The notes under the pieces: generated by a model | Databases searched by the model: none | What the model was told of the DNA's origin: nothing | Seen by the model: the letters and a program-made list of their open reading frames with translations, nothing else | Part shown: in pieces, positions 49,701 to 59,285 of the stretch | Position numbering within the stretch: position 1 is the stretch's first letter | Layout: every line of letters starts with the position of its first letter | NCBI GenBank assembly: GCA_003427395.1 | Contig: BFEA01000025.1 | Coordinates: 4,706,352 to 4,765,636, forward strand | DNA: 59,285 nt | Reading direction: 5' to 3' | Source: Chara braunii | Lineage: Eukaryota > Plantae > Charophyceae | Program-made: the position numbers and the translations under genes

Positions 49701-50496
49701 CCAAAAAAAAAAAAAAAAAGGTTAACAATTACTGTGCGCCTTGTGGAGCGGCACCTGCTCGTGCGCTGTACCAGTGGGCCAGTGGCAGTTTCCCTTTTTA
49801 TTTTTTACTTTTTCTGCTGTTTTTGTAGATGCACATGAGTGCAACATGCAAGGAACTGATCTTTTTCAAATACAGTTGTACATATTTTTCTGTCAGTCCA
49901 ATTGGGCATGAGAAATAGCCTCAAAATTTCAAAAAGGTGTCCGGGACATCAGTCTTTGACTTTTAGGTTGTGGGATTACCACTAGGGGTTTTCCCCCCCC
50001 CTTCCATCCCTCAAACAAATCTTCGAAGGGGACGCACGTGACTATTGACCCAGCCATGCAACCCGGCTTTCTTTTGTTAGAGTGAATATTTCCCTGTGTG
50101 CTGCACATGGCGTGGCCGCACTTGCGTCAAACGTGCGGAATTTCTGCTTGCATGTATGTGGGTTAGACCAGTAGATGCCTCAAGGCCTCCTTGAATTCAT
50201 AGACTGTTCAGAGGGATCTGCATAGAAACGCATCATGGTGCTAGACTGTTTCGCATCACAACTCCACAAAGAAATGTGCACAAAAGAAAGGAGCAGCATG
50301 TGTGTGTGTGCATTGTCATATTCACTATACACAACTCCACAAAGAAACGCATCACGGTGCTAGACTGTTTCGCCGGACTTTCACCAACTCGTCAGAGGTT
50401 GAACTCCTGATGGGTAAGGACTCGCCTCATGGCCCAGAGTTAGTGACACCCCTGAGAGAGAAAAGTGGTCGACTCGACCACTTCTCTCACACCAAC

Positions 50497-50498
<2 letters not shown>

Positions 50499-50582
<84 letters not shown>
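50499..50582. repeat. (GT)n(GA)n microsatellite
   Basis: Direct reading. Confidence 0.95.
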
Positions 50583-50583
<1 letters not shown>

Positions 50584-51945
50584 CTTATAATACAATATTA
50601 AAGAGCAGTAATAATAGAATGGGATGGATTGGCAATTTATTAGGAGATCAGTGGAAGGATGTGTAGGTATGTAAAGCTGTTTTATCTTTTACTTTTAAAC
50701 CTAAACAGGCGAAACCCTAACACAGACACGCCGCAACTATCTGAGGGCTGGCAGTCTGGTTGCTTATCACCGGCAAGCATACAAGATACAAGAGGAGAAC
50801 ATAACACCAGGGAGTGGGTTCTCTGCCCCGGCACGGTAGTTACAGCAGCAACAGTACTCCTGTGTCCAAGAGTTTACCAAGCTCCATGCCACAAGAGGCG
50901 ACATCCATTCGCAAGAGGCGAGCCATTCCGCTACGTTCAAAGCTCTGCTTGTTTCTAAGTGTTTGGCAAGCGCCTTTGATGCTCATGTCTCTGAGAGATG
51001 TTGGTGCAAGTAAAGTCGTGAAGCAAGACCCCATTTGATTAAGAACAACTTTTTCTCTAGCACCACCTTCACCGTTCCGTTCGTTGACAGGAGAGTGCAC
51101 GCTGTTCTTTTTTTTTTTTTAAATAGAAAATTTGGAGTTTGTGATGCCTTGCCACAAAATAGTCAATGTTGAAGTTGAGACAGGCGTTGTAGCGGGGAAC
51201 TTAACGCCATTTGCAATGGATTGCACCTTCCCGCCCATCTCACAAGTCCCCAGTCGATCTTGCAATTGATCGAGTCCATTAATCAAACAATCAGTCAAAC
51301 AAACCATCAATCCATCAATCAGTCAATGTGTATGCCCGTCTGTTTGTCTGTCCGTCCGTTTCATCAGTCAGAGTCAATCAATCAAGGCGTTGCTGATTGG
51401 TTGGTTGGTTGGTTGATTGATTGATTGATTGAGTGAGTGAGTGAGTGACCCACATGAATTCATAGATAAAAGGAATGATACGCTTCTACCCACAAATACC
51501 ATCTCGTCGCTCCCCTCTTAACCACTGACGTTACTCCTTGTTGCATCATTAATTGACAAAAGCTTGCAGCGATACTACCCAGACGCGGTCCATTTGGGCC
51601 TGCCCGCAGTACTGGGAACTGGGACCAAGCCCTCAGCCTGGTCCCACTGCACAGTTCCGAGCTGCTGGCTCTGCCTGCCCACTAGGGTTCAGCCCTAGCT
51701 CATACTATACTGATGTAGTTGTCATTTTTCACGCCTTCATCATCTTGCATTTGGGTCCCCATTGAGTTTGGGCACAAGTGGTTAACAGGGACCCACAAGC
51801 TCCTGACTGACGGGTCAAAACTAAAATTAGGGTTTCCGCTGAGTGAGGACGCCGCCCAGCCGGGCCTGTCCGGCCGGGCTGGGCCCGGCCGGTTGGGCCC
51901 AGGGGAGCCGCCCGGGTAAACCTGGCGGGCCAAAAAAAGGCCCAG

Positions 51946-51947
<2 letters not shown>

Positions 51948-51993
<46 letters not shown>
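51948..51993. repeat. (TA)n microsatellite at the chromovirus LTR boundary
   Basis: Direct reading. Confidence 0.95.
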
Positions 51994-51995
<2 letters not shown>

Positions 51996-51999
<4 letters not shown>

Positions 52000-52106
52000 A
52001 CGATCCTGGTCATTTCCCAAGTGCAAATTCACAATGAAAGACAATGCCACCCAATTGCGAAAGAAATGAAAGCACTTGCAAAGAGATAAAGGCCAGAGGA
52101 AAGGTA

Positions 52107-52138
<32 letters not shown>

Positions 52139-53372
52139 CACCAGCAAGACCAATGACAATTCCCCCCTTCTCTCTCCACCTTCCTCCTTCTTCCTTCTCT
52201 TCACCAATCTTATTCTTCTCTCAATAATAATAATAATAACANTGANTGGATGAACCAGAATCAATGTCCGAAGTTCCCCCTTACTGCTGACTCAACTCTC
52301 AACAACAACAACAACAACAACAAGTCCACCATGGCTATGTCTTNCCTCCTTCAACCTCTTCTCTCAAGCATAGGCCATGGCGGACTACTGGAAGGCAGCT
52401 ATGATGCTGCCCTGATGCCCGAAAGACAACTCAAAGCAGCTATGTCGCTGCTTGACTTGGTCCGCTATGCCTGACTCTGCCTCGAGCTGCCCTGGTGCAG
52501 CGTTACCCCAACTGGGGCCTTCCAGATGCAGCGCCCAACAAGGTAATNNNNNNNNNNNNNNNNNNNNNNNNNNNNNNNNNNNNNNNNNNNNNNNNNNNNN
52601 NNNNNNNNNNNNNNNNNNNNNNNNNNNNNNNNNNNNNNNNNNNNNNNNNNNNNNNNNNNNNNNNNNNNNNNNNNNNNNNNNNNNNNNNNNNNNNNNNNNN
52701 NNNNNNNNNNNNNNNNNNNNNNNNNNNNNNNNNNNNNNNNNNNNNNNNNNNNNNNNNNNNNNNNNNNNNNNNNNNNNNNNNNNNNNNNNNNNNNNNNNNN
52801 NNNNNNNNNNNNNNNNNNNNNNNNNNNNNNNNNNNNNNNNNNNNNNNNNNNNNNNNNNNNNNNNNNNNNNNNNNNNNNNNNNNNNNNNNNNNNNNNNNNN
52901 NNNNNNNNNNNNNNNNNNNNNNNNNNNNNNNNNNNNNNNNNNNNNNNNNNNNNNNNNNNNNNNNNNNNNNNNNNNNNNNNNNNNNNNNNNNNNNNNNNNN
53001 NNNNNNNNNNNNNNNNNNNNNNNNNNNNNNNNNNNNNNNNNNNNNNNNNNNNNNNNNNNNNNNNNNNNNNNNNNNNNNNNNNNNNNNNNNNNNNNNNNNN
53101 NNNNNNNNNNNNNTGGGCCTTGCAACCAACAAGTACCCTGGCGGGTCACGCGCATACCCAACCAGCAAGCACTCAGACAGGCATGCAACCCAGCAGGCAC
53201 GCACACACACACAACCGGCAAGCACTCAGACAGGCATGCAAACCAGCAGGCACGCACACACACAGACTTGGGACCACAGCAGAATGCGGGAATCACAACA
53301 AGGCATTCATTCCATTGACAAATCCCAGAAATCAGCAGTGTTCTCAGTCTGTGTTTTGGGCCGGTCATTACA
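51996..53372 (-). mobile_element. 3' LTR of the chromovirus (TGTAA...TAACA); contains gap 52548-53113
   Basis: Starts TGTAATG immediately after the PPT and ends GATCGTAACA next to (TA)n. Confidence 0.75.
52548..53113. other. Assembly gap
   Basis: N bases. Confidence 1.
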
Positions 53373-53385
53373 TTACTCCCCTCTC
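53373..53385 (-). promoter_or_regulatory. Polypurine tract GAGAGGGGAGTAA
   Basis: Purine run immediately 5' of the LTR TG on the - strand. Confidence 0.8.
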
Positions 53386-53386
53386 G

Positions 53387-53562
53387 AGAGCGAGGTCCCT
53401 TCGAGCGAGTAACTCAGTCAGAGTCGGCACAGAAGGCGTCATAGGCATAGATCAAAAAGAGAGTGTTAGTGAGTGGAGCGAGGTCCCTTCGAGCGAGTAA
53501 CTCAGTCAGAGTCGGCACAGAAGGCGTCATAGGCATAGATCAAAAAGAGAGTGTTAGTGAGT
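53387..53562. repeat. Exact ~87-bp tandem duplication at the end of pol
   Basis: GAGCGAGGTCCCTTCGAGCGAG...GTGTTAGTGAGT at 53387 and 53476. Confidence 0.92.
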
Positions 53563-54440
53563 CCGAACGGAGTGAGTTTTGCAGCAAACTTAGCGGTCTG
53601 TCCGTCAACAATCTTTCGTTCATATGCGTTCACAACACGTGGAGCACTCTTTATCAGTTCTTTCCGGTCGATCCAGAAGAATTCGTTCAACGGGTGGTAG
53701 AGGAAATGAACTTTGCATTGTTTGTTCCTCCCTCTCCCCTCGTGCGAAACGATTATGTCAATCTCATGGCCGCCGTCAATAGGGCGAGGTATCATAAGGT
53801 CACGGAAGGGAAAAGTTTCAGCATCAATGTGTGGGAACAGTTTGGAGGCATGGAAGACTGGATACGTGCGCAGGTGAGGAGGCACGTCAATCACGTACGA
53901 AGGACCGAAGTCATCCCCGACTACCTTCAGAATCTGCCAAGGGCCGTAGTATAGTGGAAGAAGCTTCCGTGATATGCCCTCTTCATCAGAAAACTCAGAC
54001 ATTTTGACCCAAACATAATCCCTTACTTTGAATTTTTCTTCTTTGCGCAGTTTATTGGCATGTTTGATCATGGCATGCTGACGCTTGTTCATAGCTGCTG
54101 TAGCAGCTTTGAGCAAGCGTGCGTACTTGGCATTGTAGCCAGGCATGTCGGGCATCAGACCAGGTGACTGTTCGGGGAACAGATAGGAGAGGGGATTACG
54201 CATAGGCCATCCATACTGCAATTGGTTTGGTGTCACAACAGTCGCAGAATGGATGGAGTTGTTGTACAGCCCCTTCACTTTGTGAAATTCCTTGTCCCAC
54301 GTGTTCTGATCTGGAACAATTAGTGCGCGAAACAATTGGATGACAGTCTGGTTGATCTCCTCACCCAATCCGTTGGCTTCGGGGTGTCGACCAGAAGTCC
54401 TGTTCAGTTTGATGTCGTAGATCTGAGACGTGAAGTGTTT
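53502..54440 (-). pseudogene. Integrase C-terminus (GPY/F motif) and chromodomain
   Basis: 'YNNSIHSAT..TP', 'KLLPLYYGPWQIL', 'YPVFHASKL', 'HEIDIIVSHEGRGRNKQCKVHFLYHPLNEFFWIDRKEL'. Confidence 0.88.
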
Positions 54441-55556
54441 CTAATCTTTGCTGATGAATCTGGTGTCCCGATCACTCACAATAGTTTTCGGGACGCCGGA
54501 CTGCAGAATGTACTGCTGATGGAATTCTTTTATTACAAGTTCAGTCGGGGCGTGAGGAGGGAGAGGAATCAAGTTCAGAAATTTGGAAAAGCGGTCCATA
54601 ATGACCATGACTTGTGAATTCCCAGCCTCACTCACCTTTCCCATGTCCATGAAATCGATGGAAATCGATTCACCGGGTCCATCAGGAATGGGGAGAGGTC
54701 TCAGTAGGCCATAAGGCTTATGCCTGTGGACCTTGATTCTTTGGCATACTTGACATTCAGCAATGAATTTATGAGCAGATCCTTTCATTCCTGACCAATC
54801 AAATTGCTGCAGAAGACTTCCATAAGTCTTCTCAAAGCCAAAATGTCCACTCCGACCGTGCGCCAGATCCAAGAAGTGAGTTCGGAGAGGCGCATGGTTG
54901 GGTACACACAGACGATCAAACTTTCCGTACCGGCGAAATACAAGACCCTCGCATTCATGAAAATCAGGCTGATTGTTGGGGTCAGCCTTGAGCTGCTCAA
55001 GGATGGGACTAAGGTCCGGATCCTTGGCAGTGTGCTCGACCAGATCCTTCTTCAGTTTCCTCCGGAGGTCGTACGAGTCCACAAGGCAAGTCAAATACTC
55101 GGGATGGCGCGACAGAGCATCAACAACACGATTATAGCAGCCTTTCTTATGTTTTAGTTCAAAGTTGAAAACATCAATGTCATGCAGCCAACGGGTCAGA
55201 GTTGGAGAGAGATCTGTTTGTGTCTTAATCCATTGCAAGGTATGATGATCTGAATAGACCTTGAAGTGGCGACCCAAGAGGTAGTGCTTCCAATGCGTGA
55301 GCGCCTCGCGCAAGGCGTAGAGCTCCCGCATGTATGTGGAAGTGACTACCTTGTGGCTGGGCATGCGTTTGCTGTAACATTCAAGCGGACGCAGGCCATC
55401 GCCATCATCTTGTTGCAGCACTGCACCAATCCCAAACTGGCTCGCGTCCGTAGTGACTACGAACGTGAGGTTGGGATCCGCAATGCGGAGCACAGGATGA
55501 CTCACCAAAGCCTCTTTCAAGGCTTGGAACGCAGTCTCACACTTATCACACCACAC
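54441..55556 (-). pseudogene. RNase H and integrase zinc finger/core
   Basis: 'FVVTTDASQFGIGAVLQQ', 'RELYAL', 'VYSDHHTL', 'AH...GHFG', 'CQVCQ', 'SISIDF', 'IVSDRDTRF' followed by an in-frame stop. Confidence 0.95.
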
Positions 55557-56400
55557 GCATAGGCAACGTTCTTACTCGTCAATCGTGAGAGTGGAAGAGC
55601 AATGACAAAGAACTTAGGGACAAAATTCCGGTAGTAAGAAGCCAAACCAAGAAAATAACGCAGCTCACGTACATTCGCCGGTTGAGGCCAGTTGCGGATG
55701 ACCTCAACCTTGGTTGCCTCCGGCTCAAGACCGCTTGTAGACAACCGGTGTCCAAGGTAGATGACGCTGTCCCTGCCAAACTCAGATTTCTCCAAGTTGA
55801 GGTGCAGTTGAGCATCTTTGAGGACTTGCAAGACCTCCTCGAGATGCTTAACGTGCTCCTCCATGGACTTGCTAAAAATCAGAATGTCATCAAGATACAC
55901 AACCACAAACCTGTTGAGTTGGTGGCGGAGTGCCTTGTCCATGAGGGACTGAAATGTGGCTGGTGCGTTCGTAAGGCCGAAGGGCATAACGATGAATTCG
56001 TACAGCCCGTCGCGTGTCTTGAACGCAGTTTTGTGCTGGTCGCTCGGATCAACTTCAATCTGGTGGTAGCCACACTTGAGGTCGATCTTGGAGAAGACTT
56101 TGCATCCACCGGCCACATCCAGCAGATCATCTATACGAGGCAAAGGGTAGGCATTCTTCCTTGTGATTCGGTTCAAACCACGATAATCAATGCACATCCG
56201 GAGTTTGCCTCCTTTCTTCGGCACAAACAAAACAGGTGCGTCGAACTTAGACTCGCTAGGCCTAATCTATTTACGATCAATCATGTCATCAATTTGTCTC
56301 CGCAGCTCCTCCAACTCGCCTTATCCCATACGGTAGACGCAACCCTTTGGAGGGACACTCCCTTCTATTATCTCGATTTTGTGCTTGACTGGACGCTCGG
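55517..56400 (-). pseudogene. Ty3/Gypsy reverse transcriptase
   Basis: 'FVPKKGGKLRMCIDYRGLN', 'YPLPRIDDLLD', 'MPFGLTNAPATFQ', 'VYLDDILIFS'; frameshifts at both ends. Confidence 0.97.
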
Positions 56401-57400
56401 AACTCCGCGAGGTTCAGCCAACACTTCAGGAAATCGATCTAATAGATGGCGAATGTTCGCTGGGATTTCTGGTGGAGGATCATCCTCATCAGGAGAGAGA
56501 CAATCAGATTGGGAATTTACAGCAATCACAACCGGTTTCGACATATTTGGTTCCGAACTAGATTGATCATTTACAGCAGAAGTAGGTGGAACAGAAGTAG
56601 TAGTAGTAGAGGTAGAGTTACCTTCAGAGGTAGAAAATGCAGCAAAAGTAGAAGGCACGTGAAAAGGCTTTACAAGAGCTATATGTACAAACTCAGCTTC
56701 CTTGCGCCTGCGCACTGACCTGCAGAATTTGTTAGCACTGAGAAGAGTCACAGGGGACTCGCGCGTCTCNTCTANNAAGACGGTACGCTCGTTCCCCTNN
56801 GCATCNAGNACCACGAACTGGTTGTCNGCCCACGTGGTCCTTAGGCAATGAGCCTTTAGCCAGCCCAAGCCAATGACCGCGTCGAAAGGACACTTGTCCA
56901 GGACATAGAAATTCAGCTCATGTGTGACAGTGCGATCTTTGTCAAAGGTGATGCGCACACCTTTGACAGCATGAGTAGAAGTGACAACCTCTTGGTTGCC
57001 CACCTGAGTCCGGCAAGGGTTCTGCAGTTCCACTTGCTTCATACCCAGGCCCGCCTTACGAATCTCGTTCGGAGAGAAGAAATTAGTGGTCAAACCACTG
57101 TCAATCAGCACACAGATGTATCGGCGGTTAATGAGTAGTTTAAAGAAAATCAACTCCACGCTCCCTTGAACACGGCGTTGCTGCTTGAGCTGCAGCCAAT
57201 GCTTCATAAGGGCGTGGAGGTCGACCTCTTTAGACTCCTCCCAAGGCTCAGTGTACAATACTTGGACTGCGTCAGCCTTGGATTCAGCCTTAGTTTGGGC
57301 CTCAAGAGAACGCCGCTGATCAGATTCAGGCTCCTTGGAAGGGCCTGCAACTGACTGCCCAACTTCCCTTGCTGTAGAGAGTGCTGATGACTCCTCTACG
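56368..57400 (-). pseudogene. Aspartic protease and linker
   Basis: 'VLIDSGLTTNFFS', 'FDAVIGLGWL'. Confidence 0.9.
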
Positions 57401-58421
57401 TCCCTTGCCTGTTTCCCTGAAGACGATAGCAATCGTGCACAGCATGCCCAGGCTTTGAACAATGCAAGCATACGCGCAGTTTGGATCTTCTTTCCCATTC
57501 TTTTTGGTTGATGCGGAGGGCTTCCCAAGGTTTGGTGAAAGCGTTCTCCGGTTTCTCAGGGATCTTAGCATTCTTGGGAAGGTGTATAATTGTTCCCTTA
57601 CCCGAACCACGGTTAGGCCCCTTATTCGAAGCAGTCTTTCTGAATGCATTAAGTTTTTCATCGTCATTTCTATCACACTCAATGGTTGATGCACAACAGC
57701 CCGTATCGGAGTCCGGCTCTAGATCGTCATCTAGAGACAGATCATCCGCATAAGACTGATCTTCAGCCTCCCGATGGTCATGCAGTGCAAGCTGGTTGCT
57801 GCTTCCAAACCGCTTGCGTTGTGGTTTTCCACCTGCAGCGGACGCCTTCTTGCGCCTGGCGAGGTCCTTGGCCTCTAGGTTGACTAGATCCTTGATGAGC
57901 TCTCGCCAGGTAACATGGTCTTTGAGTGCTAGCAGGGAGAGGTATTCTTTAGGGGCCACTCCCATGACTACATCCATGCAGGACACGTCAGTCATCCCCA
58001 GATCCGGAGTGGTGAATAGACCTGTGAAGTGTTGTTCTAAAGCTTGCATGGATGACCTCCATGTTTGGCCTTTGAGGGCCTCAAGCTTCAGCCTAGCCTT
58101 AAGCGCAACGTGTTTATCCTGATACCGGTCAAGGAGAAGATCTTCAAGAGCGCAGACAGCGGTAACCTTCAGCCATTCAGTCAGGTCTATGCGTTCATAG
58201 CCTGCAGCAACAGCTAGGAGCTCAATGTGGTTGCGTACGGCGGGCTCGGTATTAGTCCCCATGATCATACTTCGGTCCTCTTGCGGTGTCCGCATGACCT
58301 CGAAGTATGACCTCATGGAACTAATCCAAGAGGTGACGTCAGCCTTCCCGTCGTACTTGGACGACAGCGTTGTGAGGAAACTCGGGGAGGGGCGCCCGCT
58401 TGTTGCTGAAGCCAAGGGCAA
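57396..58421 (-). CDS. Gag with CCHC zinc knuckle (start uncertain)
   Basis: 'KYDGKADVTSWISSMRSYF' and 'CLHCSKPGHAVHDC'; 341 open codons. Confidence 0.88.
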   Translation of the reverse strand: MPLASATSGRPSPSFLTTLSSKYDGKADVTSWISSMRSYFEVMRTPQEDRSMIMGTNTEPAVRNHIELLAVAAGYERIDLTEWLKVTAVCALEDLLLDRYQDKHVALKARLKLEALKGQTWRSSMQALEQHFTGLFTTPDLGMTDVSCMDVVMGVAPKEYLSLLALKDHVTWRELIKDLVNLEAKDLARRKKASAAGGKPQRKRFGSSNQLALHDHREAEDQSYADDLSLDDDLEPDSDTGCCASTIECDRNDDEKLNAFRKTASNKGPNRGSGKGTIIHLPKNAKIPEKPENAFTKPWEALRINQKEWERRSKLRVCLHCSKPGHAVHDCYRLQGNRQGT

Positions 58422-58494
58422 CGGCGCCTGTCACTCGCCGTGCCCGCTTCCGAGGTCCTCAGCGACCAGCAGGGATCAAGTTTGAGGTTGGCTG

Positions 58495-58790
58495 TCATGC
58501 AAGTTCCCACAGCAGTGAGTTTTAACAGTCAACTAGTGAACCGACTTGGTCACACAGCGATGAGTCAAGTTCATACAACACCGAGCTTTAACTTAAACCG
58601 GCAACTAGTGAACACGTCAGATCATACAGTTATGAGTCAAGTTCACACAACAGCAAACTTTAACTTAAACAGTCAACTAGCAATCCCGCTAGATTACACC
58701 CCAATGAGCCAAGTTCACACATCAATNGGTTTCAACAGTCAGCTGGTANATTAGCGTGTTCTCACCGCAGAGAGTTTCAACAGTCANCCC
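58495..58790. repeat. Degenerate 66-72-bp tandem repeat, about 4 copies, upstream of gag
   Basis: CAAGTTC.CAC...AACAGTCAACTAG recurs. Confidence 0.75.
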
Positions 58791-59099
58791 TTAGACGAGC
58801 CACTCCATTTTATCATTCTCTCTNTCTCTCTCTGTTCTCTGTCTGTCTTTGATTCTCTCTCTCTCTCTCTGCTCACTCTTTCTTCGAACCGCCCCTTTAC
58901 TCTCTCGGTCTGTTCTGTCTCGTTTCCCCCCCCCGTTTCGCCGGTTGATTTAGCGTAGCCTGATGGGATGGTTGATCAGACCATCTGCGTTGATAGGTGT
59001 CCGATCAATAGCGAGAACGAGTGGCCTGATCATCATTGATAGTTGCTATTTGCTCTTTCGCGGGGGAGGCTGGTCTGATCAAGGGTGACAATAGTTGTT

Positions 59100-59285
59100 T
59101 ACTCTCTTGTAGAGACGGCTGATCTGATCTTCAGCAATAATGGCTGTTTGCTCACTTGTAGAAACGGCTGATCTGTTCATCAACAATAACGGCTGATTGC
59201 CGACTTGTAGAAACGACTGATCTGATCATCAACAATAGGGACTGTTTGTTCACTTGTAGAAACGACTGATCTGATCATCAACAAT
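59100..59285. repeat. 49-bp tandem repeat, at least 4 copies, running off the window
   Basis: CTTGTAGARACGRCTGATCTG at 59106, 59155, 59204, 59253. Confidence 0.9.

Overview
Repeat-rich eukaryotic DNA. Plant-type U2/U6 sequences and a plant-type NTF2 suggest a streptophyte, possibly a Chara-like alga; that assignment is inference only. There are three assembly gaps. Only one intact host gene is visible: a two-exon NTF2 (36650-36958 + 42172-42243, 126 aa, 5.2-kb intron). The rest is mostly LTR retrotransposon DNA: (i) a decayed Ty3/Gypsy element on + (5' LTR end and tRNA-Asp-type PBS at about 688-708, gag-PR-RT-RH-IN to about 6940); (ii) two collinear, apparently non-autonomous relatives in tandem on - (about 11.8-32.9 kb); (iii) a better-preserved chromovirus on - (52.0-59.3 kb). 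The most striking observation is the non-coding RNA cargo in this LTR family. Three type III hammerhead ribozymes are present (35-94 +, 13199-13253 +, and a core-mutated copy at 9685-9739 -). Two of them lie in a ~2.2-kb module (8382-10543 + and 12393-14585 -) that also holds a long hairpin fused to the 3' half of U6 snRNA. A third, divergent module (about 30.4-32.4 kb) shares the same terminal palindrome but carries the 5' half of U6 and an LSU rRNA fragment. A shorter LTR of the family (about 22.9-24.1 kb) lacks the module. Further U2 and U6 5' fragments lie at 45.2 and 46.9 kb. All alignments and RNA identifications were made by eye, from remembered consensus sequences.
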